Of a stretch of DNA of 64,000 nucleotides, positions 39,671-49,798 are shown piece by piece. A program made the translations under genes and the position numbers. The stretch lies in contig OY970063.1 in the NCBI GenBank assembly GCA_963705275.1, positions 196,974 through 260,973 of the forward strand, written 5' to 3'. The stretch comes from an uncultured delta proteobacterium. Its GTDB lineage: Bacteria > Desulfobacterota > Syntrophia > Syntrophales > UBA2185. Within the stretch, counting starts at the first letter, position 1; each line of letters opens with the position of its first letter. A model generated the notes under the pieces. The model saw nothing but the letters and a program-made list of their open reading frames with translations. It was not told the DNA's origin and did not search any database.

Positions 39671-42600
39671 ATGAAGTCTGGGAATTTCATTCACCTGCAC
39701 GTACATACACAATACAGTCTCCTCGACGGAACCATTCGCCTCGACAATCTATTCAAAAAAGCGAAGGAATACCAAATGCCTGCGGTGGCCATGACGGACC
39801 ATGGAAATATTTTTGGCGCCATTGACTTTTATCAGCATGCCCAGAAATACGGTATTAAACCGATTATCGGATGCGAGCTATACGTTGCCCCAAAGAGCCG
39901 CTTTGATAAGAGCGCCCAGCCGACAGGGGAGGGCTCGCATCATTTACTTGTTCTCGTCAAAGACGGGCAGGGATATAAGAATCTCATGCGGCTCGTTACC
40001 GCAGCGTACCTGGAGGGATTTTATTACCGTCCGCGCGTAGACAAAGAGCTCCTGTCATCATATGGCGAGGGACTCATAGGCCTTAGCGCCTGTCTCCACG
40101 GAGAGATAGCGAGCCTGCTTCTTAAAGGAAATAAAGAAGCGGCAAGAGCAGTCGCGCATGAGTATAGGGAAATTTTTGGCGAGGGGAATTTTTATCTTGA
40201 GATAATGGAGAACGGTCTTCCTGAACAAAAAATCGTTAATAATGGCCTCATTCAAATGAGTCGTGAACTTTCAATTCCGCTCGTTGCCACCAACGACTGC
40301 CATTATATAGATCGGGAAGATGCCGAGGCCCATGAAGTCCTCTTATGTATCCAAACAGGCAAGACCATGGACGATACCGATCGGATGAAATTCAAGACAG
40401 ATCAATTTTACTTCCGTTCACCCGATGCTATGCTTAGCCTTTTTAAAGATATTCCGGAATCTATCAGTAATACGGCAGTTATTGCGGATAAATGTAACTT
40501 AACCTTTGATTTTGGGAAGATTTCCTTGCCACATTTTGAAGTAAGCACATCTGAATCACTTGATGAATATTTAGCAGGTCAAGCGAAAAATGGTTTAGAA
40601 AGATTGTTGCCCATAATCATGAAGGCTAAAGAGGACAAGAGTACCCATGAGCAATATGTGAAGCGCTTGCAGGAAGAACTGCAGATCATTAAGTCCATGG
40701 GATTCGCAGGATATTTTCTCATTGTGTCGGATTTTGTGAACTACGCAAAACGAAGAAACATCCCCGTCGGTCCCGGCAGAGGCTCTGCCGCGGGCAGCCT
40801 CGTTGCCTATGCAATCGGGATTACCAATATAGATCCCATACGATATGGACTTTTCTTTGAAAGGTTCTTAAATCCAGACAGGATAAGCATGCCTGATATA
40901 GATATAGATTTTTGCCAGGACGGCCGCGATGAGATCATCAAGTACGTAACGGATAAATATGGAAGCGACAGGGTTGCCCAGATTATAACATTTGGTAAAA
41001 TGCAGGCCAAGGCCGTCATCAGGGATGTGGGAAGGGCATTGAACATATCCTACAGTGAAGTGGATAGTATTGCAAAATTGATACCGAACGTCCTGAACAT
41101 TTCTCTTGATATGGCCATTCAAAGTGAGCCGCGCCTTCAGGAAGAGCAGAAAAGAAATGAGAAAGTGAGAAGGCTCTTGTCACTGTCACGCGCACTCGAA
41201 GGTCTAAATCGTCATTCCTCAACCCACGCAGCGGGTGTCGTCATATCTGATGTCCCCCTTGTTGAGCGCGTTCCTCTCTGCAAGAGTCCCAAGGACGAAA
41301 TTGTGACGCAGTTCTCAATGAATGATCTCCAGGCGGTGGGACTGACAAAATTTGATTTTCTGGGACTTAAGACTCTCACGGTGATTAAGAACGCGTTGCA
41401 GTTTATAAAGGCAGGCAAGGGGGAGGAAATAGACATTGATAAACTTGCCCTCAATGATCAAAAAACGTATCAATTGCTAATGAAGGGAAATGCAGACGGT
41501 ATATTTCAACTGGAAAGTGCCGGCATGAAGGATATCCTCGTAAATATGAAGCCTGACTGTATTGAGGAAATCATCGCCCTGATTGCCTTGTACAGGCCGG
41601 GCCCTATGAATATGGTTCCCGAATTCATCTCGCGTAAACAGGGTAAGACAAAGATTATTTATGAAATTCCCGAGTTGGAAGAGATATTGAGGGAGACATA
41701 CGGCGTTATCGTATACCAGGAACAGGTAATGCAGATAGCCGGCGCCATCGGCGGATATACGATGGCGGAAGCGGATATACTGCGCAAGGTTATGAGCAAG
41801 AAAAAGCCTTCAGAGATGGAGAAAGAAAAACCTAAATTTCTCGACGGTGCAAGACGCAGAAATATACCTGAAAAGAAAGCCAGGAAGATCTGGAAACAGA
41901 TGGAGACATTTGCAGAATACGGTTTCAACAAGTCTCACAGCACCGCTTACGCCATGATATCCTATCAAACCGCCTATCTGAAAGCTAATCATCCCTTTGA
42001 ATTTATGGCGGCTCTGCTCACAAGCGAAAAAGACAACAGAGACAAGATCATCAAGTACATAAACAGTTGCAAGGATATGGGCATAAATGTGCTTCCACCC
42101 GATATCAATGAATCTCAGAGTGATTTCAGTGTCACCGGCGAGCATATTCGCTTCGGTCTCGCCGCCGTCAAGAATGTGGGGATAGGAGCGATTGACTCGA
42201 TTATATCTGTAAGGGAAAAGGAGGGGAAATTTGCGACCTTTGACGATTTCTGCAACCGTGTCGATCTCAAAAAAATTAATAAGAGGATGATTGAGAGTTT
42301 AATCAAATGCGGGACTTTTGATTCACTTGCTTATCGAAGAAGCCAGCTGATGAGATATTATGAGGGAATTGTCGACACGGCTCAGAGGCGTCAAAAGGAA
42401 AGATCGAGCGGTCAGGCCAGCTTCTTCGATCATATGGAAAGTGAAAAAATTGCGCAGATCGATACAATGCGAGAAAGTGCACTTTCTGACATAGCCGAAT
42501 GGGATCATAAGGAACTGCTTGCCCATGAGAAGGAAACCCTCGGGTTCTACATTACAGGGCATCCACTTCTCAGATTTGCAGAAAAGCTTCACCGAGTAGC

Positions 42601-43156
42601 CAACGTCGACACTTCGAGTATCAATGGCCAGCAGGACCGCGACATAGTCGTCTTTGGCGGTGTTGTGAGCAATATTCGGGAAGTAACTACGAAGAAGAAG
42701 GACCTCATGGCCTATATAACCATCGAGGACCTCAGAGGCTCTGTCACGGTTATCTGTTTTTCCGATTTATACACCAGGGCATTCGGCCTTGTTCACTCTG
42801 AAGAGCCCGTTTTGGTCAAAGGAACGATAGATGCGGGCGAGGAGGGGATAAAGGTGATTGCTTCTGATATTATCCCTCTTGGCGAGGCAGTCGAACAGCC
42901 CTATGATGTGGTGCATTTCACAGTCGATGTTTCAAGATCATCAGCAACAGACGTCGAGTCCTTGCAGAAATTACTGACTCATCACAAGGGGAAGTCTGAT
43001 GGCTTTATCAATATAGTCAATGGCAATAGCGAAGTTATTGTTTACCTGGGCAGGGATTTACAGCTCGAACTGACCGATAATTTAAAGAGAGAAACCGAAC
43101 ACCTTCTCGGCGTTGGCGCTACCCGTTTTAGTCATAGGACGGTCGAGACAGAATAG
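39671..43156 (+). CDS. dnaE: DNA polymerase III alpha subunit
   Basis: 1161 aa. PHP domain (FIHLHVHTQYSLLDG), polymerase core (GFAGYFLIVSDF...GPGRGSAAGS), and a C-terminal OB fold. Confidence 0.97.
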   Translation: MKSGNFIHLHVHTQYSLLDGTIRLDNLFKKAKEYQMPAVAMTDHGNIFGAIDFYQHAQKYGIKPIIGCELYVAPKSRFDKSAQPTGEGSHHLLVLVKDGQGYKNLMRLVTAAYLEGFYYRPRVDKELLSSYGEGLIGLSACLHGEIASLLLKGNKEAARAVAHEYREIFGEGNFYLEIMENGLPEQKIVNNGLIQMSRELSIPLVATNDCHYIDREDAEAHEVLLCIQTGKTMDDTDRMKFKTDQFYFRSPDAMLSLFKDIPESISNTAVIADKCNLTFDFGKISLPHFEVSTSESLDEYLAGQAKNGLERLLPIIMKAKEDKSTHEQYVKRLQEELQIIKSMGFAGYFLIVSDFVNYAKRRNIPVGPGRGSAAGSLVAYAIGITNIDPIRYGLFFERFLNPDRISMPDIDIDFCQDGRDEIIKYVTDKYGSDRVAQIITFGKMQAKAVIRDVGRALNISYSEVDSIAKLIPNVLNISLDMAIQSEPRLQEEQKRNEKVRRLLSLSRALEGLNRHSSTHAAGVVISDVPLVERVPLCKSPKDEIVTQFSMNDLQAVGLTKFDFLGLKTLTVIKNALQFIKAGKGEEIDIDKLALNDQKTYQLLMKGNADGIFQLESAGMKDILVNMKPDCIEEIIALIALYRPGPMNMVPEFISRKQGKTKIIYEIPELEEILRETYGVIVYQEQVMQIAGAIGGYTMAEADILRKVMSKKKPSEMEKEKPKFLDGARRRNIPEKKARKIWKQMETFAEYGFNKSHSTAYAMISYQTAYLKANHPFEFMAALLTSEKDNRDKIIKYINSCKDMGINVLPPDINESQSDFSVTGEHIRFGLAAVKNVGIGAIDSIISVREKEGKFATFDDFCNRVDLKKINKRMIESLIKCGTFDSLAYRRSQLMRYYEGIVDTAQRRQKERSSGQASFFDHMESEKIAQIDTMRESALSDIAEWDHKELLAHEKETLGFYITGHPLLRFAEKLHRVANVDTSSINGQQDRDIVVFGGVVSNIREVTTKKKDLMAYITIEDLRGSVTVICFSDLYTRAFGLVHSEEPVLVKGTIDAGEEGIKVIASDIIPLGEAVEQPYDVVHFTVDVSRSSATDVESLQKLLTHHKGKSDGFINIVNGNSEVIVYLGRDLQLELTDNLKRETEHLLGVGATRFSHRTVETE

Positions 43157-43196
43157 CCGCTCAACAAGACATCCCGTCTATTAACTCTATCTCACC

Positions 43197-43916
43197 ATGA
43201 GCTATCAAGAGAGGACATACAGGAACCGGGTTTCGCAGAGTGAGCTCACATCTTTTCGCGTGTGCGTCCGCGAAACGGACCTCATGATATACTGCGATAC
43301 AGATCTTTCTTCGGAAGCCCTTGAATCCGTTCATATATATCGCGGTTTCATTGAATCCTACATCAGTTGCCATGCTGATTTTCTGACGTCACTGTCGCCG
43401 GTCAGAGCTGATGAATTTGCTCCACCTATAGTGAGGGACATGATCGCGGCGGCATCTGCAGCCGACGTCGGCCCAATGGCCTCTGTGGCGGGTGCGATTG
43501 CCGAATATGTAGCCAATGACCTTCTTACGATGTCTCAGAATGTCATCGTTGAAAATGGCGGCGATATTTTTCTAAAAACACAAAGAGAGGCGAGGGTCGG
43601 CATATTTGCCGGCAATTCACCCTTAACCTATAAGATCAATCTATTGCTGAAGCCGGGTCAGCTGCCCTTGGGCGTCTGCACATCGTCGGGAACCGTTGGG
43701 CACTCCCTGAGCTTTGGAACAGCCGACGCAGTCTGCGTTGTTTCAAAATCATCGACTCTGGCTGATGCCTCAGCCACTTCAATCGGAAACCTTGTGAAAG
43801 GTAAAGGAGATATCAGGACTGCACTTGAAAGAGGAATGGAAATCGATGGCGTCTTAGGGGTCCTGATTATTATAGGCGACCAATTTGGTGTAATCGGGGA
43901 TATAGAACTGATTTAG
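43197..43916 (+). CDS. UPF0280 family protein (ApbE-like fold), function unknown
   Basis: 239 aa. ...VGPMASVAGAIAEYVANDL...VIVENGGDIFL... matches my recollection of the UPF0280 family. Confidence 0.7.
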   Translation: MSYQERTYRNRVSQSELTSFRVCVRETDLMIYCDTDLSSEALESVHIYRGFIESYISCHADFLTSLSPVRADEFAPPIVRDMIAAASAADVGPMASVAGAIAEYVANDLLTMSQNVIVENGGDIFLKTQREARVGIFAGNSPLTYKINLLLKPGQLPLGVCTSSGTVGHSLSFGTADAVCVVSKSSTLADASATSIGNLVKGKGDIRTALERGMEIDGVLGVLIIIGDQFGVIGDIELI

Positions 43917-44019
43917 CAGAATGGAAAAGAACAGCGGAAGCGATGAAATATGGAGAGTTGCATTGCCTAGCCAGTATATAAGTTTACATAATATATCTTA
44001 TAAGACATAAATATCGTTG

Positions 44020-44964
44020 TTAGAAGCCTTCCTCCGCCATCTTTCTTACCAACTCTAGCTGCCCCTCCGACAGCTTCTTAGGAATATCCACAATGATCTT
44101 CACAAATTGGTCTCCCTTTCCAGGACCTTTCAGTCTCGGAACCCCGAAGCCTTTCATCCTGATCTTCGTGTTGTTCTGTGTTCCGGGGGGAATCTTAATT
44201 CGTTTTACTGCGCCTTCTATTGTCGGAACGTCTACAATCGTGCCAAGAACTGCTTGTGAGAAATGGATTACCTTGTCGATATAGACGTCATTGCCATCTC
44301 TTGCAAAAATCGGGTGAGGGATAATGGTGATATTTATGTATAAATCACCAGGAGGGCCTCCATCTATTCCTGGACCTCCCTTGCCGGCTAACCTCAATTT
44401 TTTTCCCGAATTAATTCCAGGCGGTATCTTGAAATTAATCTCCTCAACATTATCGTCTTTTTGCAGAGCCAATTTCTTTTCTGCACCTAATGCGGACTCT
44501 TCTAATGTTATTGAGAGGTTATAGTCGAAGTCCTGTCCCTTCTGCGGCTCCCGGGAGAATCTCTGGCGTTCCCCCTCGAACATATCGGAAAAGGAACCGC
44601 CTTGCGCAAAAGTAAAGCCCCCTCCCCTGTTTGTCCTAAAATTTCTTCCACCCGCGCCAGCTGCGTCGCCAAAGCCGAAGCTTCTCAGGATATCGTTTAG
44701 ATCGAAGCCTCTGAAGATATCCTCCTGCGTATATCTCTGTCTGTATTGATCAGCAGATCCAAAAGTGTCATATTCTTCTTTTTTCTTAGGGTCACTGAGG
44801 ACCGCATAAGCTTCACTTATCTTCTTGAATTTCTCTTCGGCCATCTTATTATTTGGGTTCTTATCGGGATGCCATTTCATGGCAAGTCTTCTGTAGGCCT
44901 TCTTTATGTCTTCGGTGGTCGCCTTCTTATCCAGACCTAGCATCTTGTAATAGTCTTCCGCCAT
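44020..44964 (-). CDS. cbpA: DnaJ-class co-chaperone lacking the zinc finger (CbpA-type)
   Basis: J-domain [33 protein letters not shown] (HPD), a G/F-rich linker, and two C-terminal substrate-binding domains. There are no CxxCxGxG repeats. Confidence 0.88.
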   Translation of the reverse strand: MAEDYYKMLGLDKKATTEDIKKAYRRLAMKWHPDKNPNNKMAEEKFKKISEAYAVLSDPKKKEEYDTFGSADQYRQRYTQEDIFRGFDLNDILRSFGFGDAAGAGGRNFRTNRGGGFTFAQGGSFSDMFEGERQRFSREPQKGQDFDYNLSITLEESALGAEKKLALQKDDNVEEINFKIPPGINSGKKLRLAGKGGPGIDGGPPGDLYINITIIPHPIFARDGNDVYIDKVIHFSQAVLGTIVDVPTIEGAVKRIKIPPGTQNNTKIRMKGFGVPRLKGPGKGDQFVKIIVDIPKKLSEGQLELVRKMAEEGF

Positions 44965-45199
44965 AAGGTACCTCTCTGATCTGTACTGTAATGCCCGGAA
45001 AGAAATGAGAAAATTCTAAGCATTTTTTGTAAGTTACGCATTCCTTTGCAATTGTCAAGGTTTATACCGGACTGCCGCTATCAAAAATTCTCTATAGCCC
45101 ACGGCAGTTTTAGGCTGAGAGCTGGCGTGAAAGCCGAAACCTGTCTCATTGCAAATGGATTGATTACAGCGAAATGCCATAATTAATAGTGAATTACAA

Positions 45200-46144
45200 C
45201 TAAAATGTAAAGCTCAACATTAGATAGCTCGAGGATGTCTTGCGATCATGCTGCAAAGATACGGAACTTATCTCTTTCAGATGCTCTATGAAGTCTTCCC
45301 TTGCTCTCTTATTGTATTTGTGAGCACTGCTCACGGCACTATAAATGTTGCCCGTGTACCAGCCGATCTCGAAGAACGTCACGATACCCCCGGCAACGTA
45401 ATTTTCGTGCCGAAAAAGCTCTATAGCGCCCAATATGAAAGCACCGTTCAAAAGAAAAGCCACAAGCGCATCTCTTGGTCTTTCCGTGTAAAGATGTCCT
45501 GCGCCCGGAAGAATCGCTGCGAGGGTGCCTGCCATAGCAGGCGATTTTCTTGGTAAATCGTCTATATGCAGAAGCTCTGATGCGATGACGCTTGCAGATT
45601 TCGCCAGGGGGCTGTCTCTAGGAACAATGGAAAATGTTTGTCGCGCCTGCTGCCATTCCTCTATTTCCATGAGAACTATGGCGCTCTGGTAAAGGGCTTT
45701 ATCGGTAAAGTCAGTAGATTGTGACTTGATTAGTTTTTCAAATGTTGAGAGGGCATGTGTATATTGCTTAAGCTCCTTTTCTGCCATACCCTTATGGTAC
45801 AGGGCTCCCGACATCATCGGGCTGTCGGGAAATTTTATGATGAAAGAAGAGAATACTTGCAGGGCTTCCTGCCACCTCTTTACTTTGTAATAGCTTTCGC
45901 CGATTCTATAAACGCATTTCTCAACAAGCTTGTTTTCAGGAAAGAAGAAGGCAAATCGTTTATACTCGCTTACTGCCCGATAATAATCCCCCTCGTCAAA
46001 AAGTGTTTCCGCAAAGGAAAATTGCCTGTCAGCTTCAATGACCTGAGTCTCTGCCGCCGAGATCGTATTCGGGGCAAGCAGGAAAGCCGTAATTAATATG
46101 AGACAAACGATCAGCCACGCATTTATGCGATAAGAAAATATCAT
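45200..46144 (-). CDS. Tetratricopeptide-repeat protein with a C-terminal membrane segment
   Basis: Signal/anchor N-terminus, YbgF-like TPR units (GDYYRAVSEYKRF..., ESYYKVKRWQEALQVF...), and hydrophobic C-terminal helices. Confidence 0.75.
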   Translation of the reverse strand: MIFSYRINAWLIVCLILITAFLLAPNTISAAETQVIEADRQFSFAETLFDEGDYYRAVSEYKRFAFFFPENKLVEKCVYRIGESYYKVKRWQEALQVFSSFIIKFPDSPMMSGALYHKGMAEKELKQYTHALSTFEKLIKSQSTDFTDKALYQSAIVLMEIEEWQQARQTFSIVPRDSPLAKSASVIASELLHIDDLPRKSPAMAGTLAAILPGAGHLYTERPRDALVAFLLNGAFILGAIELFRHENYVAGGIVTFFEIGWYTGNIYSAVSSAHKYNKRAREDFIEHLKEISSVSLQHDRKTSSSYLMLSFTF

Positions 46145-46198
46145 GAGAAATTAATTTATGTGTTACGGTTTAACAGGAAAGACAGACGTAGTTAGCGT

Positions 46199-46232
46199 CG
46201 AAAAAAACAGAAAGAATTCAGGCTTTCCTCTT
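46199..46232 (-). terminator. Weak Rho-independent terminator candidate after iorB
   Basis: Minus-strand RNA just after the TAA: GGAAAG-ccugaauu-CUUUCU (6 bp including one G-U), followed by G and seven U. Confidence 0.4.
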
Positions 46233-46820
46233 TTATGCTGCCCGTCCCATATGAAAGGCTTTGAGGTTTACCGCGAAGGCTTTTTTGGTAAAGGATTTAT
46301 GGATAACCCTCTCCCAGAGCGAAATATCAAGCTGTTGCAGATAGGATGACAAAACTCCCAAGATGGCCGTGTTCTCCGTTCTTGCGTCTCCTGCCTCCAG
46401 CGCTATCTTATTAGCATTGACGATTTTCACGGTCTTGCAAATTTTCTTTACCATTTCAATAATATTGCGAGGATAAGCGGCGTCACCAAGGTTTACGGAT
46501 GGGGGGTAGATTTCTCTTTCACTTATGATAATGCGGCCCATCGGCTTCAAAAAATTAAGATAGCGCAATGTTTCCAATTTTTCAAATGACACCAGAATAT
46601 CCACATCTCCCTCTTTTGCAATGGGCGAATAGACCTGCCTGCCGTACCGAACGTGGCTTGTAACGCATCCGCCCCTCTGCGCCATCCCGTGGACCTCGCT
46701 CTTTTTAACATCTAGTCCTGCTTCCATCATGACGTGACACAAGATATCACTTGCCCGGAGTATTCCCTGACCGCCAACTCCGGCGAGAAGGATACTCTTA
46801 ACATCGCCTTTGCCTTTCAT
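46233..46820 (-). CDS. iorB: Indolepyruvate:ferredoxin oxidoreductase, beta subunit
   Basis: 195 aa. ILLAGVGGQGILRAS is typical of the 2-oxoacid:ferredoxin oxidoreductase gamma-type domain. It lies directly downstream of iorA. Confidence 0.88.
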   Translation of the reverse strand: MKGKGDVKSILLAGVGGQGILRASDILCHVMMEAGLDVKKSEVHGMAQRGGCVTSHVRYGRQVYSPIAKEGDVDILVSFEKLETLRYLNFLKPMGRIIISEREIYPPSVNLGDAAYPRNIIEMVKKICKTVKIVNANKIALEAGDARTENTAILGVLSSYLQQLDISLWERVIHKSFTKKAFAVNLKAFHMGRAA

Positions 46821-46824
46821 AAAA

Positions 46825-48627
46825 TCATATCACCTCAATCACCGCACCGACATTGCACACCTGCTCGCACAGCGTGCAGCCGCTGCAAAGTTCACTATCA
46901 ATAAATGCGACACCTTCCTGCTTCTTTACGTTCCTTTTGACTTTTTTGTTTGGCATATCTTCGAATTTTATCCATGAGATCGGCGGACATCCGAGCCCAA
47001 TACAGGCCTTACAGCCGATGCATTTTTCTGCATTAATTGTAAAGGCTTTTCTGGCATCCTTCATATTCCTTTTGAACAGCACACAGGCCCTTTGCGATAT
47101 TACGACAGACGCCCCGGGCTTTGCCAATTCTTCTTTCATCACTTTCCGCGTTGTTTTGATGTCATAGGGATCAATTACACGGACGTGATCTATCCCAAGT
47201 GCAGAGGCCAGCTTTGCAAAGTCAAGCTCCTTTGTCTTTTCCCCCTGCAAGGTGAATCCTGTAGCCGGGTGGTCTTGCATGCCTGTCATGGCCGTCGTGC
47301 TGTTATCGCATATGACGACGACGGCGTTGCTCTTATTATACGCCATGTTCAACAGAGGCGTCATGCCGGAATGGATGAACGTGGAGTCCCCGATAACACC
47401 GACGACCTTCCCTTTTCCCCTATCCTTTAAGGCCTTGCTCATGCCGTGCGCCATGCCGATACTTGCTCCCATGCATACACATGAATGAAGGCCTGCTAAG
47501 GGTTTCATGAAAGATAGGGTATAACAGCCTATGTCGCCTGCGATAAAGGCCTTTAATTTTCCAAGGACATAGAACAATCCTCTGTGGGGACAGCCAGGAC
47601 AAAGATTTGGCGGTCTCGGCGGGATCGGAACATCCTGCAAAATTGATCTTGCGATCTTCTTGCCTTTGATAGCCCTATAAATTACGCCGGGATCAAATTC
47701 GTTTGTATAGGGAAAGATCTCCTTTCCTATGACATCGATACCCATTCCCCTGACCTGTTCCTCAATAAATGGGTCCAGTTCCTCAATTACGTAGATCTTC
47801 TTGACCTTCGAGGCAAATTTACGGATAAGGTCAAATGGCAGCGGGTAAACCATGCCCAGTTTCAAATAAGAGAAATCGGGAAAGACATCCTTCGCATAAT
47901 TATAAGCCATGCCGGCTGTAATGACGCCAATTTCAGGATCGTTCATTTCAATCCTGTTTCCGGAAAATGTGTCAGCAAATTCCCTGATTCTGTTCATCCT
48001 CTTTTCTATCTCTATCCTCCGGGCGCGCGCATACGCCGGCACCATGACATATTTATTCGGATTGACCTGTATAGCAGTATGGTCACTGGCAGATGATAGC
48101 TCCCCGAGAGTGACGACGGACTTTGAATGTGAAACGCGTGTAGTTGTCCGAAGGAAAACAGGAGTATCAAATCTTTCGCTAATATCGAATGCGATCTTGA
48201 TGTAATCTTTCGCCTCTTGGCTATCCGCAGGCTCGACCATAGGTATCTTTGCGAATTTGGCATAATTGCGGTTATCCTGTTCATTCTGAGAACTGTGCAA
48301 TGAAGGGTCATCTGCAGTGATGATAACAAGGGCTCCGTTAGTTCCCGTATAGCTCAAAGTGAAGAGCGGGTCTGCTGCTACATTGACTCCTACGTGCTTC
48401 ATGACGACCATGGCCTTTGCGCCAGCTAATGCCGCTCCTATGCCAACCTCCAGAGCCACTTTCTCGTTAGGAGACCATTCGGCGTAAACGCCGTCATACT
48501 TTGCAAACGTCTCGACGATTTCTGTGCTCGGCGTCCCCGGATAACCGGCCGCGAAACGAACGCCGTGTTCGAAGGCGCCCCTTGCAATACTCTCATTTCC
48601 CGACAGCAATACTTTCATAGGATTCAT
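46825..48627 (-). CDS. iorA: Indolepyruvate:ferredoxin oxidoreductase, alpha subunit
   Basis: 600 aa. TPP-binding region (GDSTFIHSG) and two C-terminal 4Fe-4S ferredoxin motifs (CIGCKACIGLGCP and CSGCTLCEQVCNVGA). Confidence 0.9.
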   Translation of the reverse strand: MNPMKVLLSGNESIARGAFEHGVRFAAGYPGTPSTEIVETFAKYDGVYAEWSPNEKVALEVGIGAALAGAKAMVVMKHVGVNVAADPLFTLSYTGTNGALVIITADDPSLHSSQNEQDNRNYAKFAKIPMVEPADSQEAKDYIKIAFDISERFDTPVFLRTTTRVSHSKSVVTLGELSSASDHTAIQVNPNKYVMVPAYARARRIEIEKRMNRIREFADTFSGNRIEMNDPEIGVITAGMAYNYAKDVFPDFSYLKLGMVYPLPFDLIRKFASKVKKIYVIEELDPFIEEQVRGMGIDVIGKEIFPYTNEFDPGVIYRAIKGKKIARSILQDVPIPPRPPNLCPGCPHRGLFYVLGKLKAFIAGDIGCYTLSFMKPLAGLHSCVCMGASIGMAHGMSKALKDRGKGKVVGVIGDSTFIHSGMTPLLNMAYNKSNAVVVICDNSTTAMTGMQDHPATGFTLQGEKTKELDFAKLASALGIDHVRVIDPYDIKTTRKVMKEELAKPGASVVISQRACVLFKRNMKDARKAFTINAEKCIGCKACIGLGCPPISWIKFEDMPNKKVKRNVKKQEGVAFIDSELCSGCTLCEQVCNVGAVIEVI

Positions 48628-48683
48628 TTACCCCTGTGCCAGCAAAGAAAAAAGGTAATCTGAAGACTTAACAAAATTTGCCT

Positions 48684-49367
48684 TCAGTTGATGGTTGAAA
48701 TTATTTTTTTCAGGAGAAGTTCCATGGATGGATCTACAGTATTGTTAAGTGCCTTCTGATAATACTGCAAGGCCTTTTCTTTGTCATTCATCTCTTCGTA
48801 AATTCTTGCCATGTTTCTGTATGTCATGCCATCAAAGCCCCCGCCTGATTTTGTATTTGCCGCTTTCTCAAATGATTCCAGGGCGTGCGGGAAATCCGCC
48901 TTCCTTTCGTAACAGTAACCGATGCCATTGTACGCCAGAATTTTCAGGTCGCTGCTATCTTGAACGTCCTTGAGAAACTCGGTGTATGCCTTTATTGCGG
49001 CATCAACATCTCCAAGGCTGTAGTGCATATTCCCCATTTGATAATATGACATCATCGCCGCCTTTGATCCCGGATATTGGGTTATGACTTCGTTATACAT
49101 CGTTAGATTGTTTTGATCCGGTTTGACCCCCTGTTGGGCAGCTTTCATACCGGCAATATTGGCTATCGCGTAAAGCCTCTGCGCCTTTTCTTCATAGCTC
49201 ATCCTGTACAAGTACCAAGCGGAAGAAATTATGACTATTAAAATTACAATTCCGGATGCCAGATAGATCTTTGACTTGTTTGCGGATACATACGTCGCGA
49301 TCTTGCTTAATGCTTCCTGAAAAGAATCCGGTTTTTCGATCTCCTTCTTTGTGATCTTTCTTGCCAT
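48684..49367 (-). CDS. YfgM-like membrane-anchored TPR protein
   Basis: 227 aa with a single transmembrane helix after a charged N-terminus (…IYLASGIVILIVIISSAWYLY), then TPR-like repeats. Confidence 0.7.
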   Translation of the reverse strand: MARKITKKEIEKPDSFQEALSKIATYVSANKSKIYLASGIVILIVIISSAWYLYRMSYEEKAQRLYAIANIAGMKAAQQGVKPDQNNLTMYNEVITQYPGSKAAMMSYYQMGNMHYSLGDVDAAIKAYTEFLKDVQDSSDLKILAYNGIGYCYERKADFPHALESFEKAANTKSGGGFDGMTYRNMARIYEEMNDKEKALQYYQKALNNTVDPSMELLLKKIISTIN

Positions 49368-49381
49368 ATGAACATTTCCTA

Positions 49382-49798
49382 TCAGAATTTTATTTCCATT
49401 TGCTCGTTTACTCTGTCAAGAATGAAGGATGGAATCCTCACTATCTTGCCCATCTTGTTTGTGCAGGCATGAATCGTATAACCTTCAACAAGGGCCTTTT
49501 CCCTTTCTTCATCCCATATTGTATAGAGAAATTTCATGCTCGCCCTCTTGAGATATTCCAATTCAGTTTCGACGACGATGAGTTGGTCATATTTGGCTGG
49601 AAAGAGGTAGTTACAGTACGCCTCTGTCAAAGGCAGGTTGTAACCCACTGCTTCCATCTCGGCATAGACTATGCCCACACCCCTGAGGAGCTCCGTTCGC
49701 CCGATTTCGAACCATTTAATATAATTGGTGTGATAGACAATGCCCATGGCATCGGTATCAGCGTAAATGACACGTATATTAACGTGATTTCTCCTCAA
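49382..49798 (-). CDS. ybgC: Acyl-CoA thioesterase, YbgC/4HBT family
   Basis: IRVIYADTDAMGIVYHTNYIKWFE is the hot-dog fold signature. TTG start 49798 with GGAGG 7 nt upstream. It overlaps the 3' end of the ApgM-like gene by 20 nt. Confidence 0.88.
   Translation of the reverse strand: MRRNHVNIRVIYADTDAMGIVYHTNYIKWFEIGRTELLRGVGIVYAEMEAVGYNLPLTEAYCNYLFPAKYDQLIVVETELEYLKRASMKFLYTIWDEEREKALVEGYTIHACTNKMGKIVRIPSFILDRVNEQMEIKF

Noticed and set aside
45071-45108. Inverted repeat ACTGCCG-N24-CGGCAGT in the 235-bp gap between the TPR gene and cbpA, close to a possible cbpA promoter (TTGACA at 45058-45053 on the minus strand).
   Set aside because: The stem is short, the loop is large, and there is no U-tract. 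It does not resemble the CIRCE or sigma32 heat-shock elements I know. It could be chance.
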